The notes under the pieces: generated by a model
The model's input: only the letters and a program-made list of their open reading frames with translations
Told to the model about the DNA's origin: nothing
The model's database searches: none
Shown here: one piece after another, positions 60,114 to 64,000 of the stretch
How the letters are laid out: each line of letters opens with the position of its first letter
Numbering within the stretch: position 1 is the stretch's first letter
Made by a program: the position numbers and the translations under genes
Source of the DNA: an uncultured Clostridia bacterium
Lineage (GTDB): Bacteria > Bacillota > Clostridia > TANB77 > CAG-508
DNA: 64,000 nucleotides
NCBI GenBank assembly: GCA_948891265.1
Contig: CAQUBD010000007.1
Span: 5,043 to 69,042 of the forward strand
Reading direction: 5' to 3'

Positions 60114-61440
60114 TTATGCTGTTTCTTTGTTTTTCTTATCTGGTATATGCCTATTTCTTTTAGAATTTGCTTTTCCATTACTCTTATTTTCATCTATCAC
60201 TACTTCTGGTTCTTTTTTATCTAATACTGTCTCTTTAGTTATTCTACATTTTGATATATTAGGAGTAGATGGTATTTCAAACATTATATCTCTCATTATT
60301 TCTTCAATAATTGAACGAAGTCCTCTTGCCCCTGTTTTTCTTTCTATTGCTTTATCAACAATTGCCTCCAAAGCTTCTTGCTTAAATTCAAGCATAACAT
60401 CATCCATTTCTAATAATTTTTGATACTGTTTTACTAATGCATTTTTTGGCTCTGTTGCAATTTTTATTAGAGCTTCCTTGTCTAAATCTTTAAGTGTTGC
60501 AATAATTGGTAATCTACCTATAAATTCAGGTATAAGACCATATTTTAATAAATCTTGTGGTAGCATTTCTTGAAATATTTCATATTTATTAATTTCATTT
60601 TGGCTTTCGATTTTAGTTCCAAAGCCTATACTTTTTTTACCAGTTCTATCTTTAATTATATTTTCTAGACCTTCAAATGCCCCTCCACATATAAATAAAA
60701 TATTTTCAGTATTTATTTGTATCATTTCTTGATTTGGATGTTTTCTTCCTCCTTGTGGTGGAACTGATGCAATTGTACCTTCAACTATTTTTAATAAAGC
60801 TTGTTGTACGCCTTCTCCGACTTACATCTCTAGTTATTGATAGATTTTCAGATTTTCTTGTTATTTTGTCAATCTCATCTATATATACTATACCTTTTTC
60901 TGCTTTTTGAATATCTCCATCTGCTGCTTGGATAAGCTTTAATAATATATTTTCAACATCTTCACCAACATAACCTGCTTCTGTCAATGTTGTAGCATCT
61001 GCTATTGCAAATGGTACATTTAAAATTTTTGCAAGAGTTCTTGCAAGAAGTGTTTTTCCACATCCTGTTGGTCCTAAAAGTAATATATTACTTTTTTGAA
61101 TTTCTACATCATCTTTTTTGTTATTGTCTCCTTCATGCGCAATTCTTTTATAGTGGTTATATACAGCTACAGATAACGTTTTCTTTGCTTCTTCTTGTCC
61201 TATTACATAATCATCTAAAACTTCCTTTATTTCTTTAGGACTTGGTATTTTATCTAAATCATTTAAAGTATATCCTACTTCTTCATCTTCATAATTTTCA
61301 GCAGCAATTATACTTGTGCATAAATCTACACATTCATCACAAATATAAACCCCTGGTCCTGCAACTATTTTTTTTACACTTTCTTGTGATTTTCCACAAA
61401 ATGAACATTTTACATTTTTAGGTACATCATTTTTAGCCAT
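60114..61440 (-). pseudogene. clpX: ATP-dependent Clp protease ATP-binding subunit ClpX with a +1 frame break at CGG 60817-60819
   Basis: N-terminal part has zinc ribbon CSFCGK...CDEC and Walker A GPTGCGKT, and ends ...SITRDVS then CGG. The +1 frame continues [48 protein letters not shown]... (track ORFs 60781-61440 and 60114-60725). Confidence 0.9.
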
Positions 61441-61451
61441 GCTTTTTCTCC

Positions 61452-61640
61452 CTTTCTCTACGCTTCGCTTCGTTCATCGTCATCCTTTTAGCGGTTACAA
61501 ATTCGCTATCGCTCATTTGCATAAGATATCCGTATCTCATTTCATTTCGAACGGCTATCTCAATTTCCATCTGCCAAATCTTGCCTTCGAAGCCTTTTCG
61601 CTTCGCTTCGTTCATCGTCATATAAAGATTTTTCAAAATC
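61452..61640. repeat. Mosaic intergenic repeat, locus 5, filling the clpP-clpX spacer
   Basis: CGCTTCGCTTCGTTCATCGTCATCC at 61461-61485 and TCGCTTCGCTTCGTTCATCGTCAT at 61598-61621. ctgccaaatcttgccttcgaagcc and tttttcaaaatctt are shared with 28396-28466. Confidence 0.85.
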
Positions 61641-62252
61641 TTATATTCTTTTATCCATAATACCATCAATTAAACCATAAGCTAATGCTTCTTGAGCTGT
61701 CATATAATGGTCTCTTTCAGTATCTCTTTCAATTACTTCTATTGGTTGACCTGTTTTTTCACTTAGCAATTTATTCAATTTTTCTCTTGTTCTTATCATA
61801 TGGTCTGCATGAATTTTTATTTCAGTTGCTTGGCCTGAAATTCCTCCGCCTTGCCCCCCTATTAATGGTTGATGTATCAATATTTCTGAATTTGGCGTTG
61901 CAAATCTTTTTCCTTTTTCACCATTTGCTAATAAAACCGCTCCAAAACTTGCAGCTAATCCTACACATATTGTTGTTACTGGACATTTAATATAATTCAT
62001 TGTATCTACTATTCCCATTCCATCTGTTATAGATCCTCCAGGTGAATTTATATAAAGAAAAATTTCTTTATCGGGATCTTCTGATTCTAAGAATAATAAT
62101 TGTGCAATTACTAAACTTGCAGATGTTGCATTTACATCCTCTCCTAAAAATATAATTCTATCTTTTAATAATCTTGAGAAAATATCATATGATCTTTCTC
62201 CTTTACTTGTTTGTTCAACTACATAAGGTACTAAACTATTTTTTTCTAACAT
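61641..62252 (-). CDS. clpP: ATP-dependent Clp protease proteolytic subunit
   Basis: GLAASFGA (Ser), IHQPL (His) and typical length. Confidence 0.95.
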   Translation of the reverse strand: MLEKNSLVPYVVEQTSKGERSYDIFSRLLKDRIIFLGEDVNATSASLVIAQLLFLESEDPDKEIFLYINSPGGSITDGMGIVDTMNYIKCPVTTICVGLAASFGAVLLANGEKGKRFATPNSEILIHQPLIGGQGGGISGQATEIKIHADHMIRTREKLNKLLSEKTGQPIEVIERDTERDHYMTAQEALAYGLIDGIMDKRI

Positions 62253-62410
62253 AATCTTTCCTCCTAAATCTTTCAGTAGACAGTCAGTGAAATAGATGTC
62301 AGTAAATTCCGACTTCTAACTTCTGTCTTCTAACTTCTTATTTTTGGCTTTTCTACAAAAATGGTTGGCATGAACTAACTTAAATATTCCACCCCAACCA
62401 CTTTCATTTT

Positions 62411-63697
62411 TTATTTTATTTTTGCATTTTTTACTAAAAATTCTAAAGCTTTTTCAGATTCTAATCCACTTTTTATGTATTTTCTTACATTTTCATTTTT
62501 TGAGAATTCTTCATCATTTTCTTTTCCATAATTTTTAGCCATTTCTTTTAATTTTTCTACTATTTCTTCTTCTGTTGCCTCTATTTTTTCAGCTTTAATT
62601 ACTGCTTCTAACATTAATCTTGATTTTATAGCTTCTATAGCTTGAGGTTCATATTCTTTTTTTACTTCTTCAGCTGTTTTTCCCATCATTTGAAGATATT
62701 GTTCTAATTTTAATCCTTGATATGCAAGTCTATTTTCAACATTTTTTAACATGTCTTCTGTTTCCATTTCTATCATTCCTGATGGAATATCCACTTCTAC
62801 ATTTTCACATACCGCTTTTATTACAGCATCTTCTGTTTCATATTTTTGTTTTTGCTCATTCTCTTTTTCCATTTTTTCTTTGATGCTATTTTTTAATTCT
62901 TCTAATGTGTCAAATTCGCTTACGTCTTTAGCAAATTCATCATCCAATTCTGGTAATTCTTTTTTCTTTATTTCATGTAATTTTACTTTAAATGTTGCAT
63001 CTTTTCCAGCCAAATCCTTTGAAAAATATTCTTCTGGGAATTTTACATTTATATCTTTTTCTTCATCAATTTTCATTCCTATTATTTGATCTTCAAATCC
63101 TGGTATAAATGTGTTACTTCCTATTTCTAATTCATGTCCTTCTGCCTTTCCACCTTCAAATGCTATTCCGTCAACAAATCCTTCAAAGTCTATTACTGTA
63201 ATATCTCCACTTTGAGTGGCTCTATCTTCTATAGATATTAATCTTGAATTATGTTCTTGCATATGTCCTAATTCATGGTTTATATCTTCGTCTGATACAT
63301 TATACTCTATTTTTGATATTTCTATACCTTTATATTTTCCAAGTTTTGCTTCTGGTTTTGTCTGAAATATTGCTGTAAATATTAAATCTTTTCCTTTTTC
63401 TATTTGTTTTACATCTATATCAGCTTTACTTACAACTTCTATATTATTCTCTTTTAACGCTGCATCTAATTCATCTGGTACTACTTCATTAAATGCATCT
63501 TCATAGAATATCTCTTTTCCATAGTATTTTTCTACTATGTTCATTGGTGCTTTTCCTTTTCTAAATCCTGGTATATTAAAGTATTTTGCACTTTGAAAAT
63601 ATACTTTTTTTATAGCTTCATCAAACTTTTGAGCTTCTATTGTTAACTCTAATTTTACTTCATTTGCATTTTCTGTTTTTTCAACTTTACAATTCAT
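62411..63697 (-). CDS. tig: Trigger factor
   Basis: GFRKGKAP ribosome-binding motif and a central FKBP-like domain. tig-clpP-clpX synteny. Confidence 0.95.
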   Translation of the reverse strand: MNCKVEKTENANEVKLELTIEAQKFDEAIKKVYFQSAKYFNIPGFRKGKAPMNIVEKYYGKEIFYEDAFNEVVPDELDAALKENNIEVVSKADIDVKQIEKGKDLIFTAIFQTKPEAKLGKYKGIEISKIEYNVSDEDINHELGHMQEHNSRLISIEDRATQSGDITVIDFEGFVDGIAFEGGKAEGHELEIGSNTFIPGFEDQIIGMKIDEEKDINVKFPEEYFSKDLAGKDATFKVKLHEIKKKELPELDDEFAKDVSEFDTLEELKNSIKEKMEKENEQKQKYETEDAVIKAVCENVEVDIPSGMIEMETEDMLKNVENRLAYQGLKLEQYLQMMGKTAEEVKKEYEPQAIEAIKSRLMLEAVIKAEKIEATEEEIVEKLKEMAKNYGKENDEEFSKNENVRKYIKSGLESEKALEFLVKNAKIK

Positions 63698-64000
63698 TAT
63701 TATTTCATCCTTTCCTTTCAGTTAATATAAATTAATTCCTTTAATTTCTTAATAGCTTATATATTATACCATATTTTTCCTAATTTGCAAGTTTTTTTGT
63801 AAAATTATTTTCATTATGCTTTATGATGCTATAATACAAAGTTTGAGACTGCTAATAGTTTCGGCAGTCTCATAAAAGGTTGTCTGGTGCAACGATTTTA
63901 CTTATTGGAGCGTTTTAGGAGGTTGTTTGCGAAAAAATCGCCAATTTTTCATAGTGTTCCTCCCACAATTTGCTCAAAAAAATAATTGACTTATCAACTG

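Overview
AT-rich, low-GC Firmicutes/Clostridia-like chromosomal segment with most genes on the minus strand. Family calls rest on remembered motifs; no searches were run. Core genes: yvcK-like, murB, argS, galE, nth, trxA/trxB, dgkA, tyrS, UPF0182, ftsY, murD, maf, clpX, clpP, tig, tRNA-Leu(CAA) and tmRNA. Accessory content: a GT8/acyltransferase glycolipid-type operon. About 9 kb next to tRNA-Leu is an integrative mobilizable element carrying a TnpX-like serine recombinase, TnpV, MobC, a relaxase, AraC/VOC cargo and a candidate type I toxin-antitoxin. There is also an ABC transporter plus two-component module split by two orphan genes, an ssrA-flanking islet (KilA-N, MobV/Pre relaxase, tandem-repeat lipoprotein) beside a 616-aa orphan, and an amidoligase-like two-gene operon. 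Most unusual observations: (1) four frame breaks (clpX, serine recombinase, M14 peptidase, small RHH-like ORF) share one lesion. Each has an extra C making an in-frame rare CGG codon directly before a Gly GGR codon, and the conserved protein continues in +1. (2) Mosaic families of hairpin-forming intergenic repeats sit between a stop codon and the next RBS. (3) A candidate type I TA has convergent consensus promoters. No CRISPR array or rRNA was seen.
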